Shown: positions 1 to 8,672, numbered from the stretch's first letter. The stretch: DNA of 64,000 bases from Oscillospiraceae bacterium (GCA_015064725.1 SVRQ01000009.1:1897-65896); one strand, 5' to 3'. Notes: generated from the sequence alone by a model not told the origin. Numbers and translations: made by a program.

Positions 1-1
1 C

Positions 2-433
2 TGCGCTGTACTTGGGCTTATTTTCGCTCTTGGCGGAATAGATCTTGAGGTATATGAGGAGATAGTTCAGCCGAAGTTTTATCTGCCGCCGTTTTTTATG
101 ATATTTTTCAGTACAGTCTTTTACGCAGTGCTCGGGGCGGCGGCGGGAACCGCGCTTTCCACGCCGTATTACAGAAAGAACAATATAAAGCTTATCTCCA
201 TCGTGCTTTCCGTATGTACGCTGTTTCTCTGCTTTACTTGGGTCCCGCTTGTTTATACTGCGGCAAGCTTTCTTATAGGAGCTTTCGTTTACATATTGGT
301 GTTGCTTTTTTCTTCCGTTATATTCAAATTCTTTTTCCGCATAAACAGAATGGCGGCGTGGCTTGTACTTATATTTGCCGTATATGCACTATATATGGTA
401 TGCTACAGCCTTACTTTATTCATTATAAATTAA
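2..433 (+). CDS. integral membrane protein of unknown function, 5'-truncated by the window edge
   Basis: The frame of ORF 98..433 stays open back to nt 2 and there is no RBS before the ATG at 98. The product is almost entirely hydrophobic helices (LISIVLSVCTLFLCFTWVPLVY, WLVLIFAVYALYMVCYSLTLFII). Confidence 0.5.
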   Translation, partial: CAVLGLIFALGGIDLEVYEEIVQPKFYLPPFFMIFFSTVFYAVLGAAAGTALSTPYYRKNNIKLISIVLSVCTLFLCFTWVPLVYTAASFLIGAFVYILVLLFSSVIFKFFFRINRMAAWLVLIFAVYALYMVCYSLTLFIIN

Positions 434-448
434 GTTTTCGGAAAATGC

Positions 449-477
449 TTGACAAAAATTGAAAATTTTGATATTAT
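449..477 (+). promoter_or_regulatory. SigA-type promoter upstream of the HPr-like gene
   Basis: TTGACA (449-454), 17-nt spacer, TATTAT (472-477), with TG at 469-470 (extended -10). Confidence 0.55.
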
Positions 478-523
478 GATATATACGGTAAACTAATAAT
501 TTCAAAATGGGGGTACATTAACT

Positions 524-754
524 ATGAAAACTGTAAAAGTTCGTCTTTCTTCTATTGAAGCTGTTCGTGATTTCGTTGAAGCTGTTCGCAAATACGACTC
601 CGAAATCGACCTTTCCAGCGGCAGATACGTTGTAGATGCAAAGTCCATTATGGGTATTTTCAGCCTTGATCTTATGAATCCCATCACGATGACTGTTCAC
701 AACGACAACTGCGACGATATCATCGAAGAACTCAAAAACTACATTGTTGACTGA
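524..754 (+). CDS. HPr-like (Crh-like) small protein lacking the PTS histidine
   Basis: 76 aa. By eye, SSIEAVRDFV aligns to HPr SGIHARPATV, putting Glu at the His15 position. VVDAKSIMGIFSL matches the HPr Ser46 region (KSIMGVMSL). Confidence 0.6.
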   Translation: MKTVKVRLSSIEAVRDFVEAVRKYDSEIDLSSGRYVVDAKSIMGIFSLDLMNPITMTVHNDNCDDIIEELKNYIVD

Positions 755-765
755 TCTACGTTATG

Positions 766-800
766 AAAAAGACGCTTGCGTTACGCAAGCGTCTTTTTTG
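766..800 (+). terminator. rho-independent terminator after the HPr-like gene
   Basis: GACGCTTGCG (771-780) pairs with CGCAAGCGTC (784-793). It is followed by TTTTTT and preceded by an A-run. Confidence 0.75.
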
Positions 801-903
801 TTGCTTGAAAAATTGTGTGAGGATTCGCGGACGACCAATGGTTGTCCCTGCGAGAAAGGATTTGATTTTCTTCCGCAGCGTCTGTGCTTGCCATTCTCGC
901 TTT

Positions 904-1374
904 TTACCTTATAATATCCGCATATTCAAGCTTTATGACGTTTTCAAGCTTTTCGGGGGCAAGCTCTATCTGAAAGCCTATTCTGCCGCCGCTGAAAAAA
1001 ATCGTTTCGTAATTTTTTGCCGTTTCGTGTACGGTCGTACGGAAAAATTTCTTCATCCCGATAGGCGAGCATCCGCCGTGGATGTAACCCGTAAGAGGAA
1101 GAAGCTCTTTTGATTTTATCATTTCCACGGATTTTTCTCCGACAGCAGAAGCCGCCTTTTTAAGGTCTAGCTCCTCTGCTACGGGTACCATAAAAACGTA
1201 GTGTGCGCCTGATCTTCCGACCGTCACAAGCGTTTTGAATACCTGTGCGGGGGCTTCGCCCAGCACACGCGCAATATCCACGCCCGCAACTGCGCCTGTG
1301 TCAACGTAGTAATGCTCCTTATAATCTATTTTCATACTGCTAAGCTTTCGCATAGCGTTCGTTTTTTCGGCCAT
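904..1374 (-). CDS. ybaK: Cys-tRNA(Pro)/Cys-tRNA(Cys) deacylase, YbaK/EbsC family
   Basis: Start moved to the ATG at 1374, which has a GGAGGAG RBS at 1378-1384 on the minus strand; 156 aa. Shows the YbaK-fold pattern (KTLVTVGRSG..YVFMVPV, LLPLTGYIHGGCSPIG). Confidence 0.8.
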   Translation of the reverse strand: MAEKTNAMRKLSSMKIDYKEHYYVDTGAVAGVDIARVLGEAPAQVFKTLVTVGRSGAHYVFMVPVAEELDLKKAASAVGEKSVEMIKSKELLPLTGYIHGGCSPIGMKKFFRTTVHETAKNYETIFFSGGRIGFQIELAPEKLENVIKLEYADIIR

Positions 1375-1483
1375 AAACTCCTCCAAAGTACGTTGTATCT
1401 GAAGTATATTGTAATCTATAGATATATAATATCGCTCTTTTGACAAAAATTCAAGACAAAGCGTGTAATTCCGATTTAAGTTA

Positions 1484-1512
1484 TTGATATTTATCCTATT
1501 TTATGGTATAAT
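1484..1512 (+). promoter_or_regulatory. SigA-type promoter for the lipoprotein gene at 1545
   Basis: TTGATA (1484-1489), 17-nt spacer, TATAAT (1507-1512), with TG at 1504-1505. Confidence 0.55.
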
Positions 1513-1544
1513 CCTTTACATAAAGACAACATTGGAGGTTTTTT

Positions 1545-3155
1545 ATGAAAAAGATAATTTCTCTTATTCTTTCCGCGGCAATGCTGATGCTTATGCTTGC
1601 TTCATGCGGCGGCGTTGCGGAAACGACAACGGGCCAGAACGCAACGGCGGATCCCACAATCGATGCAACGGTGGCAACGTCGGCAACGACAGAGGCAACT
1701 TCAGCGACGACGGAAGCCACAACAGCAGCTACAACTGCTGCAGGGACGATCACTCAATTGACTTTCTCCGAAGGCGATCTTTTGGCGCATTGGGATTTTT
1801 CCGAAATATCGGCAGACGGCACGGTTGCCGACCTTACAGGTAACGGCCACGTGGGCAAGGTGTCCGGAAACGTGCAGTGCGTTGAAGCTGCTGACGGCAA
1901 CGGCGTTAAGTTTGCCGGCGACGGCGGTATGATAACGGTTGAAGACCATAAGGATTTTCAGTTTAAGAACGAACATAGCTTTGCTGTTGAAATAAGATTT
2001 AAGATGGATGAATCCGCAGCTCCCGGTGCTATCTTCCAAAAAGGCTTGCTTGACGGAAAGGGCTCTCATTTCGGCTTCTGGACGGATGAATTTTCAAAGC
2101 TCAATCTCGGTATGTCCGGACAGACGGAAAAGACTTTCGCGTCCAATAATGCTCTTAACAGCGAATGGCATCACATAGTTTTGATACAGAACAAGACTAC
2201 GGGTACTGTGGTATATTATCTTGACGGCGTTTTGCAGAACTCCACTATGCCTAAAAACTCCAAATCTCCCGTTGTGGCAACCTCTTTCGTTATGCGCGAC
2301 GAGGCTATAACGTTCGGCTCCGACGGAACAAAGCATTTTGCCGGCATTATAGACGATATTAAGATATACGATTATGCCATAAACGAATCCATCGTCCTTG
2401 CGGAATATGACACCATCTATAATTTCGAGGGCGAGATATACAGATACGAAAATGAAAAAGGCGAGACATTTACTCTCAGCTGCCGCGTACACTATCCCGA
2501 CGGCTATTCCGAAAATGACGGAAAAACATATCCCATCCTTCTCGTGCTTCACGGACACGGCGAAACGGGTACGGACAACCTGGGTCAGCTCCGCGTTTGG
2601 GCCCATCCTATGACGGACGTTATCTCCCGAGAGGATATTATAGTTGTTGTTCCTCAGTGCGAATGCGACGGAGGAAAGACAAAGGAATGGGTAGCCTCCA
2701 ACCACTTGTTCAACGAGATGAGCAACAGATCCTTGCCCAAGAACCCCACGCTTGCTCTTGCTGCGGTTACGGGTGTTATGAACAAGTTCCTTGCAAGCGG
2801 CAAGGTGGATACGAACCGCGTTTATGCAATGGGTTCTTCTATGGGCTCTATCGGTATTTGGGAGCTTATGGCGCGTGAAAAGGATATGTTCACAGCGGCT
2901 ATCCTTATGTGCGGCGCGGGCATCCCCTCCAAGGCGGAAAACCTTCTCAACGTTGATATCTGGGCGTTCCACGGTACGGTGGACGAAACAGTTCCTTATA
3001 CCGGCACAAAGAATATGGAAAGAGCTATCACAGAGGCAGGCGGAACTAAGATGAAGGCAACGTACCTTGAGGGTGTTGACCACAACTGTATGAGCCAAGC
3101 GTTTGCAGAGGGCGACCTTATCGGTTGGCTTATTTCGCAGACAAAGGCGGACTAA
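1545..3155 (+). CDS. secreted lipoprotein: LamG-like lectin domain fused to an alpha/beta-hydrolase esterase
   Basis: Lipobox signal peptide (MKKIISLILSAAMLMLMLASCGG) followed by a Thr/Ala-rich linker. The Laminin_G_3-like block runs LTGNGHVGKVSG...WHHIVL...FAGIIDDIKIYDYA. The C-terminal esterase has GSSMGS (GxSxG), FHGTVDETV and DHN as a Ser/Asp/His triad. Confidence 0.75.
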   Translation: MKKIISLILSAAMLMLMLASCGGVAETTTGQNATADPTIDATVATSATTEATSATTEATTAATTAAGTITQLTFSEGDLLAHWDFSEISADGTVADLTGNGHVGKVSGNVQCVEAADGNGVKFAGDGGMITVEDHKDFQFKNEHSFAVEIRFKMDESAAPGAIFQKGLLDGKGSHFGFWTDEFSKLNLGMSGQTEKTFASNNALNSEWHHIVLIQNKTTGTVVYYLDGVLQNSTMPKNSKSPVVATSFVMRDEAITFGSDGTKHFAGIIDDIKIYDYAINESIVLAEYDTIYNFEGEIYRYENEKGETFTLSCRVHYPDGYSENDGKTYPILLVLHGHGETGTDNLGQLRVWAHPMTDVISREDIIVVVPQCECDGGKTKEWVASNHLFNEMSNRSLPKNPTLALAAVTGVMNKFLASGKVDTNRVYAMGSSMGSIGIWELMAREKDMFTAAILMCGAGIPSKAENLLNVDIWAFHGTVDETVPYTGTKNMERAITEAGGTKMKATYLEGVDHNCMSQAFAEGDLIGWLISQTKAD

Positions 3156-3165
3156 TTATATAGGC

Positions 3166-3199
3166 AAAAAGAACAGGATTTTTTCCTGTTCTTTTTTTG
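3166..3199 (+). terminator. rho-independent terminator
   Basis: GAACAGG (3171-3177) pairs with CCTGTTC (3185-3191), followed by TTTTTTT. Confidence 0.75.
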
Positions 3200-3262
3200 T
3201 TCTATTCGGATGTTTTGCCTAATATATATAAAATGAAGTAAAAAACAGGGAGAGCTTATATT

Positions 3263-4411
3263 ATGAAAAAAATAATTTCGTTGATGCTTGTGATCTTTAT
3301 GGTGTGCTTTTTTTGTGCGCCGGGCGTATGTGCCGCGGAGTTTACGGAAGAGGTGAGCGCGGCAAGCGCAATACTTATGGACTTTGCGACGGGAAAGGTG
3401 CTTTTTGAATATAATGCTGACACCGCGCTTCCGCCCGCCTCCGTTACGAAAGTTATGACTCTTTTGCTTGTTTTCGAGGCGATAGCAGACGGAAAGATAG
3501 CTTTTTCCGATATGGTGAGCGTGAGCGAGCACGCAGCATCTATGGGCGGAACGCAGATATACCTTGAGCCGGGGGAGCAGATGAGCGTTGACGAGCTTAT
3601 AAAAAGCGTTGTGGTAAGCTCCGCGAACGATGCGGCAACCGCCCTTGCGGAATACGTTTGCGGCAGCGAAAGCTTGTTCGTGGCGAAGATGAACGAGCGC
3701 GCGCGTGAGCTCGGAATGGCGAACACGCATTTTGAAAATACGAACGGGCTTGACGATACGGCAGAGAACCACGTGACCTCTGCACGCGATATCGCAATAA
3801 TGAGCCGCGAGCTTATGAAGCACGAAAAGATATTCGATTATACTATGATATGGATGGACACGGTGCGCGGCGGCGCGTTCGGACTTTCCAACACGAACAG
3901 GCTGCTTCGCACTTACAGCGGCTGTACGGGGCTTAAAACGGGATCTACGGCAAAAGCGAAGTTCTGTATAAGCGCAACGGCACAGAGGGGCGGACTGCAC
4001 CTTATCGCGGTCATTATGGGAAGCCCCACAAGGGACGAGCGAAACGCGCTTGCGGCAAAGCTTCTTGATTTCGGATTTGCAAATTACGCGCTGTTTTCGG
4101 ACGATAACGCTGATGTGGGAGATGTTGCCGTGCGCGGCGGCGTGAAAAACACGCTTTCGCTCAGGTGCGATGGCTTTTGCGCACTTGTCGAAAAGGGAAC
4201 GGAATCAAAAATAGAAGCGGTGTATGAGCTTCCCGAAAGCGTTGCGGCGCCCATCAAGGAGGGCGGCAAGATAGGCACGGTTACGTATAAAAACGGCAAT
4301 ACCGTTTTGGGGCAAGCGGATATAGTTGCCGCAGAAAGCGTTGAAAAAATAGGATTTTTTACCCTTTTTCCGAGAATTTTACGTTGGATGCTCTGTGCGC
4401 CCGAAAATTAA
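3263..4411 (+). CDS. D-alanyl-D-alanine carboxypeptidase (low-MW PBP, PBP5/DacB-DacF type)
   Basis: Signal peptide present. SxxK motif is SVTK, SxN is SAND, KTG is KTGST. C-terminal PBP5-like domain plus a hydrophobic tail. Confidence 0.9.
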   Translation: MKKIISLMLVIFMVCFFCAPGVCAAEFTEEVSAASAILMDFATGKVLFEYNADTALPPASVTKVMTLLLVFEAIADGKIAFSDMVSVSEHAASMGGTQIYLEPGEQMSVDELIKSVVVSSANDAATALAEYVCGSESLFVAKMNERARELGMANTHFENTNGLDDTAENHVTSARDIAIMSRELMKHEKIFDYTMIWMDTVRGGAFGLSNTNRLLRTYSGCTGLKTGSTAKAKFCISATAQRGGLHLIAVIMGSPTRDERNALAAKLLDFGFANYALFSDDNADVGDVAVRGGVKNTLSLRCDGFCALVEKGTESKIEAVYELPESVAAPIKEGGKIGTVTYKNGNTVLGQADIVAAESVEKIGFFTLFPRILRWMLCAPEN

Positions 4412-4446
4412 GTGAAATTGGAATTGAAATAGAGATGCATATATGG

Positions 4447-4481
4447 TAAAATGAGATGATACATCATCTCATTTTATTTTT
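4447..4481 (+). terminator. rho-independent terminator of the carboxypeptidase gene
   Basis: TAAAATGAGATGAT (4447-4460) pairs with ATCATCTCATTTTA (4463-4476), followed by a T-run. Its right arm is the first copy of the 73-bp repeat unit. Confidence 0.7.
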
Positions 4482-4702
4482 GCCTCACCCGCCCTAGCGG
4501 GCACCCTCCCCAAAGGGGAGGGCAGATTGGCAAACATCATCTCATTTTATTTTTGCCTCACCCGCCCTAGCGGGCACCCTCCCCAAAGGGGAGGGCGGAT
4601 TGGCTAGCATCATCTTGTTTTATTTTTGCCTCACCCGCCATAGCGGGTACCCTCCCCAAAGGGGAGGGCAGATTGGCTAGCATCATCTCATTTTATTTTT
4701 GC
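4462..4702. repeat. tandem array, 73-bp unit x about 3.3
   Basis: Units start at 4462, 4535, 4608 and 4681. Unit sequence is CATCATCTCATTTTATTTTTGCCTCACCCGCCCTAGCGGGCACCCTCCCCAAAGGGGAGGGCAGATTGGCAAA. Each unit carries hairpins CCCGC-cta-GCGGG and CCCTCCCC-aaa-GGGGAGGG. Confidence 0.95.
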
Positions 4703-4743
4703 CTTCCCCTTTGGGGAAGGTGTCACGAAGTGACGGAAGAGGT
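4701..4743 (+). repeat. hairpin repeat module A
   Basis: GCCTTCCCCTTTGGGGAAGG TGTCACGAAGTGAC GGAAGAGG. The same module recurs at 24818, 30758, 43589 (inverted) and 43684. Confidence 0.9.
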
Positions 4744-4767
4744 TACATTTTACTCAAGGAGATATTT

Positions 4768-6078
4768 ATGATAAACAACGGCTCGCCCACCGTCGGCGTA
4801 TATACGCTCGGCTGTAGGCTCAATCAATACGAATCCACGGCGATAGAGGAAGCTCTTTCGGAAAACGGTTTTATAGTTTTGCCTTTTTCCGAAAAGTGTG
4901 ACGTTTATATAATCAACACCTGTGCCGTAACGGAGGAAAGCGAAAAAAAATCGCGCAAGATAGTGCGCCGAGCCCACGCGGAAAATCCCGATGCTTTTGT
5001 TATAGTTACGGGCTGTGCCTCTCAGGTTCATTCCGACGTTATGGCGGCAATACCCGGGGTGAGCTACGTTTGCGGAAACAGAAACAAGCTTTCCGCAGCG
5101 GAAGCGGCAATTATGCTTATGCGCGGAGAGAATATCGACGGGAAGATAAGCATTATGGACGTGGAAGCTTCCCCGATAGAGAAGATGAGCATAACTCGCT
5201 CGGAGCGCACGCGCGCATTCGTAAAGATAGAGGATGGATGCGATAATCATTGCACGTATTGCATTATAAAGACCGCGCGCGGAAGCGTGGTCTCGCGCCG
5301 CGCGGACGAGATAATAGAGGAAGTGAAAACGCTTTGCCGCGCAGGATACGAAGAGGTCGTGCTTACAGGCGTGGAAACCGCGTCTTACGGAAAAGATTTT
5401 GAGGATGGATATGACCTTGCCTTGCTTATCCGCGACGTGGCGCAAAAGACGGATATAAAAAGAATTCGCCTGGGCTCGCTTGAACCTTCCGTATTAAAAA
5501 AAGCGCTTGTAGATAAGCTTTGCGCGGAAGAAAAGTTTTTGCCCAGCTTCCATCTTTCGCTTCAAAGCGGAAGCAACAGAGTGCTTGCCGCTATGAAGCG
5601 AAAATATAACAGAGAAACGGTGCTTTCCAACGTGGCATATATCAAGGAAAAAATGCCCGCGGCGACCTTTACCTGTGATATTATAGCGGGTTTCCCCGGG
5701 GAGAGCGAGGAGGACTTTGCAGATACTTACGATATAGCGGAAAGAATAGAGTTTTTGCACATGCACGTTTTCCCGTTTTCCAAAAGAGAGGGAACGCCTG
5801 CCGCAAAAATGCCGTGCCAGCTTCCCGAAAGTGTTAAAAACGAGCGCGTAAAGCGCCTTGCCGAGCTTGAAAAGACGCTTCGTACGAAAAATATAGAGCG
5901 TTTTATCGGAATGGAATTCTGCGTGCTTTTTGAAACGGAGAAAAACGGCGTTTACACGGGACATACGGAAAATATGCTGGAGGTAAGCGTACCGAGCGAG
6001 ATCGATATAAGAGGAAAGATAGTAAAAGTTAAAATAATCGGATACGACGGGGAAAAAGTGCTGGCGGAGAAGGTTTGA
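4768..6078 (+). CDS. mtaB: tRNA methylthiotransferase, MiaB-like (MtaB type)
   Basis: Start moved to ATG 4768 (AAGGAG RBS at 4756-4761), because the ORF-track start at 4699 reads through repeat DNA. N-terminal UPF0004 domain (VGVYTLGCRLNQYES). Radical-SAM triad CDNHCTYC. 436 aa. Confidence 0.85.
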   Translation: MINNGSPTVGVYTLGCRLNQYESTAIEEALSENGFIVLPFSEKCDVYIINTCAVTEESEKKSRKIVRRAHAENPDAFVIVTGCASQVHSDVMAAIPGVSYVCGNRNKLSAAEAAIMLMRGENIDGKISIMDVEASPIEKMSITRSERTRAFVKIEDGCDNHCTYCIIKTARGSVVSRRADEIIEEVKTLCRAGYEEVVLTGVETASYGKDFEDGYDLALLIRDVAQKTDIKRIRLGSLEPSVLKKALVDKLCAEEKFLPSFHLSLQSGSNRVLAAMKRKYNRETVLSNVAYIKEKMPAATFTCDIIAGFPGESEEDFADTYDIAERIEFLHMHVFPFSKREGTPAAKMPCQLPESVKNERVKRLAELEKTLRTKNIERFIGMEFCVLFETEKNGVYTGHTENMLEVSVPSEIDIRGKIVKVKIIGYDGEKVLAEKV

Positions 6079-6160
6079 ACGAACAATAGATACCCTCTCA
6101 GGCACCTTTCGGTGCCAGCTCTCCCAACGGGAGAGCCTTATGGGATTGAAAAGTAACAGA

Positions 6161-6352
6161 AAAAGAAAGTGCGTTGAGAAAAATTGCGTTACCTGCATTA
6201 AAAAATGCGGGTGCGAGGGAAGTTCTTTGCCCGCTTTCTTTCAAGAAAAAACATATTTGCTTTAAAAAGAAAGTGCGTTGAGAAAAATTGCGTTGCCTGC
6301 ATTAAAAAATGCGGGTGCGAGGGAAGTTCTTTGCCCACTTTCTTTCAAGAAA
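6161..6352 (+). repeat. tandem duplication of an 88-nt leader segment (period 104)
   Basis: 6161-6248 versus 6265-6352 are identical except for 2 mismatches. The second copy runs into the RBS of the pseudouridine synthase gene. Confidence 0.9.
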
Positions 6353-6364
6353 GTGGGAGAACAT

Positions 6365-7339
6365 ATGAAAATAATTGAAATAAAACAGAACGATGCGGGA
6401 AGAAGACTTGATAAAGTTTTGACGGCGGCTTTTCCGCTTCTGCCCAAATCAATGATGTATAAATATATACGCCTTAAAAAGATAAAGGTCAACCGCAAGC
6501 GTGCGGAGATCGGTCAGATACTTAACGTGGGCGACACGGTGGAGCTTTTTATCAAGGAAGAGTTTATGGAAAAAGAGCCGAGAAACGACTTTTTCAAAAA
6601 TATCCGTGTCAACTTCGGTGTGATATACGAGGATGAAAACATCTTGCTTTGCGATAAGCCCTCCGGCTTGCTCTGCCACAGCGACACGGCAGGGGAGCAG
6701 AACACGCTTATAGAGGGCGTGAAGGCTTATCTCTGGCAAAAAGGGGAGTGGGTGCCCGAGGAGGAAAACTCCTTTGCGCCTGCGCTCTGCAACAGGATAG
6801 ACAGAAACACGGCAGGCATCGTTATCGCGGCGAAGAATGCGGCAACGTTGCGCGTGATGAATGAAAAGATAAAAAAGCGCGCCGTTGCAAAGTTTTATCT
6901 GCTCGCCGTTCACGGAAATATGGAGAAAAAGGCAGGTGAGCTTGATGGCTACATCTGGAAGGACGCGAAGAACAACAAGGTCACCGTTTACGAGCACGAG
7001 CCGCGCGGAAAGCACGATGCAAAGCATATCGTAACGCGCTACCGCGTTGTGGGCAAGCACCCGATGGGCGATATTCTTGAAGCGGAGCTTGTAACGGGGC
7101 GCACGCACCAGATACGCGCACATTTTGCCTCTGTGGGGCATCCGCTTGTGGGCGACGGCAAATACGCCGTTAACCGCGAGGACAGGAAGATGGGCTTTGA
7201 AAGCCAGGAGCTTTATTCGTACAAGCTCACGTTCCTCTCGGACGAGCCCTCCCACCTCGATTACCTTGAGGGCAAGACGTTCACAAGGGATATTTCCGAT
7301 TTTCCCTTTGCCGATGGAATAGGAAAGGGCAAGGTGTGA
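6365..7339 (+). CDS. RluA-family pseudouridine synthase with S4 domain (RluC/RluD-like)
   Basis: Start moved to ATG 6365. S4 domain begins GRRLDKVL. Catalytic motif is NRIDRNTAGIV (HRLDxxTSG type), and TGRTHQIRAH is present. 324 aa. Confidence 0.85.
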   Translation: MKIIEIKQNDAGRRLDKVLTAAFPLLPKSMMYKYIRLKKIKVNRKRAEIGQILNVGDTVELFIKEEFMEKEPRNDFFKNIRVNFGVIYEDENILLCDKPSGLLCHSDTAGEQNTLIEGVKAYLWQKGEWVPEEENSFAPALCNRIDRNTAGIVIAAKNAATLRVMNEKIKKRAVAKFYLLAVHGNMEKKAGELDGYIWKDAKNNKVTVYEHEPRGKHDAKHIVTRYRVVGKHPMGDILEAELVTGRTHQIRAHFASVGHPLVGDGKYAVNREDRKMGFESQELYSYKLTFLSDEPSHLDYLEGKTFTRDISDFPFADGIGKGKV

Positions 7340-7486
7340 ATACTTTGTAAATAAAAAATTAACCGATTGTTAATTTGACTAAAAATATAATTCTTTTATT
7401 GATTTTTTTGTGAATTTATGCTAGAATAAATGTAAATAAAAGGTTTACTTACCAAAAACCTTAAAAAACAAAGGAGGAATTATATT

Positions 7487-8653
7487 ATGAAAAAATTTTT
7501 ATCGGCGGTTTTAACAATTGCGTTATTGATTTGTGCGTTTTCAAATCTTACGTTTGCTCTTGATGCACCTATCGATGTTAGCGCGACTGTGCACGATGAT
7601 CCTGCGGCAGTGTACGCTACATTGGAGCCTCGCGGTGGCGAATATTATTTATATAATTCTGATTTAGGAAACTATTTGCAGATTGATAATAACGATGATC
7701 CTGCTTATAATACTAATGGTGCTTTTATGGAACTTTGGGATTTTGATAATGGTGCGTATCAAGAATGGGAAGTAGTAAATTTATATAATGGATATTATGA
7801 AATTCATTCTAAAGTTAGTAATATGTCGCTGGCGGTTCCGGAGGGCGAAACAAATACAGCTAATGTTAAAGTTATACAAGAGCCTTATTCAGGATACACA
7901 AGACAACAGTGGAAATTCACTCAAACATCTAGAGGTACTTATATTATAAGACCAAGATCGGCAGAAAACTTTGCAACGGATTGGTGTCTTTCTGCCGGTT
8001 CGGGAGTTATTACCGGCGAGGGGCGAAATGTTTTACAGGTGGCATATTCGAATGATTCTGATTATAAGGATGAATGGCAACTTTTAGGGATAGGAAATGA
8101 TGCTTTTCTTTTGGGTATAACAGAAAGCGGGAGAGATCGTGCTACTGTTTTGGGGAAAATAATGCCTTATATTGATGGAATGGGATATAATGATTTTAGG
8201 GCAATTGTTACCGATTCAATTACTTGTAGTAGTGTAAAAAATTATATGGCTGAATCAAGGATATTTGTTTCTAGAAGCCACGGAAATTCTGATGGCGATG
8301 GTACATATATCATACTTTCGGAAGATAATACACAATATATTCATTCGCGTGATATATATAATTTTTCAACTAATACGCCATTGGTTGATTTAACTAATTG
8401 TGATTTGATGTTATTTGTTGGATGTTATACAGGAATTAACGATAATACCAGTTTGCCGTATGCAGCTGTTGCGGCCGGAGCGGATTGTGCTGTTGGCTTT
8501 ATGGATACAATACACTGGGTAGTTGCGAACGAATGGACAGAATTTTTCTTTAATTATTACGCAAATGGTTTTTCTGTGGAGCGTGCTTGCTATCAAGCAT
8601 CAAGCAAATTTATAAACGTTTTTGGAGCCGATTCATATCGAGTTGTCGAATAA
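7487..8653 (+). CDS. secreted ricin-type beta-trefoil lectin protein with a C-terminal His/Cys domain (possible clan CD peptidase)
   Basis: Signal peptide present. Three QxW-type trefoil repeats (YQEWEV, RQQWKF, DEWQL). The C-terminal half has hydrophobic strand + HG (RIFVSRSHGN) and hydrophobic strand + C (DLMLFVGCYTG). The gene lies in low-GC DNA. Confidence 0.6.
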   Translation: MKKFLSAVLTIALLICAFSNLTFALDAPIDVSATVHDDPAAVYATLEPRGGEYYLYNSDLGNYLQIDNNDDPAYNTNGAFMELWDFDNGAYQEWEVVNLYNGYYEIHSKVSNMSLAVPEGETNTANVKVIQEPYSGYTRQQWKFTQTSRGTYIIRPRSAENFATDWCLSAGSGVITGEGRNVLQVAYSNDSDYKDEWQLLGIGNDAFLLGITESGRDRATVLGKIMPYIDGMGYNDFRAIVTDSITCSSVKNYMAESRIFVSRSHGNSDGDGTYIILSEDNTQYIHSRDIYNFSTNTPLVDLTNCDLMLFVGCYTGINDNTSLPYAAVAAGADCAVGFMDTIHWVVANEWTEFFFNYYANGFSVERACYQASSKFINVFGADSYRVVE

Positions 8654-8672
8654 ATATAAGGAGGATATTATA

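Noticed and set aside
4462-4702. Tandem arrays at 4462-4702 and 30375-30735 considered as CRISPR arrays
   Set aside because: The units abut each other with no unique spacers. The unit lengths (73 and 91 bp) and internal multi-hairpin structure are unlike CRISPR repeats. There are no cas genes in the window.
4699-4767. N-terminal extensions of ORF-track genes through repeat DNA (4699 for mtaB, 25034 for nadD, 63239 for the PduU-like gene, 6278 for the pseudouridine synthase, 15985 for the orphan gene)
   Set aside because: The extensions translate dispersed hairpin repeats. In each case a canonical ATG with a good Shine-Dalgarno sequence lies downstream and matches the expected family N-terminus.
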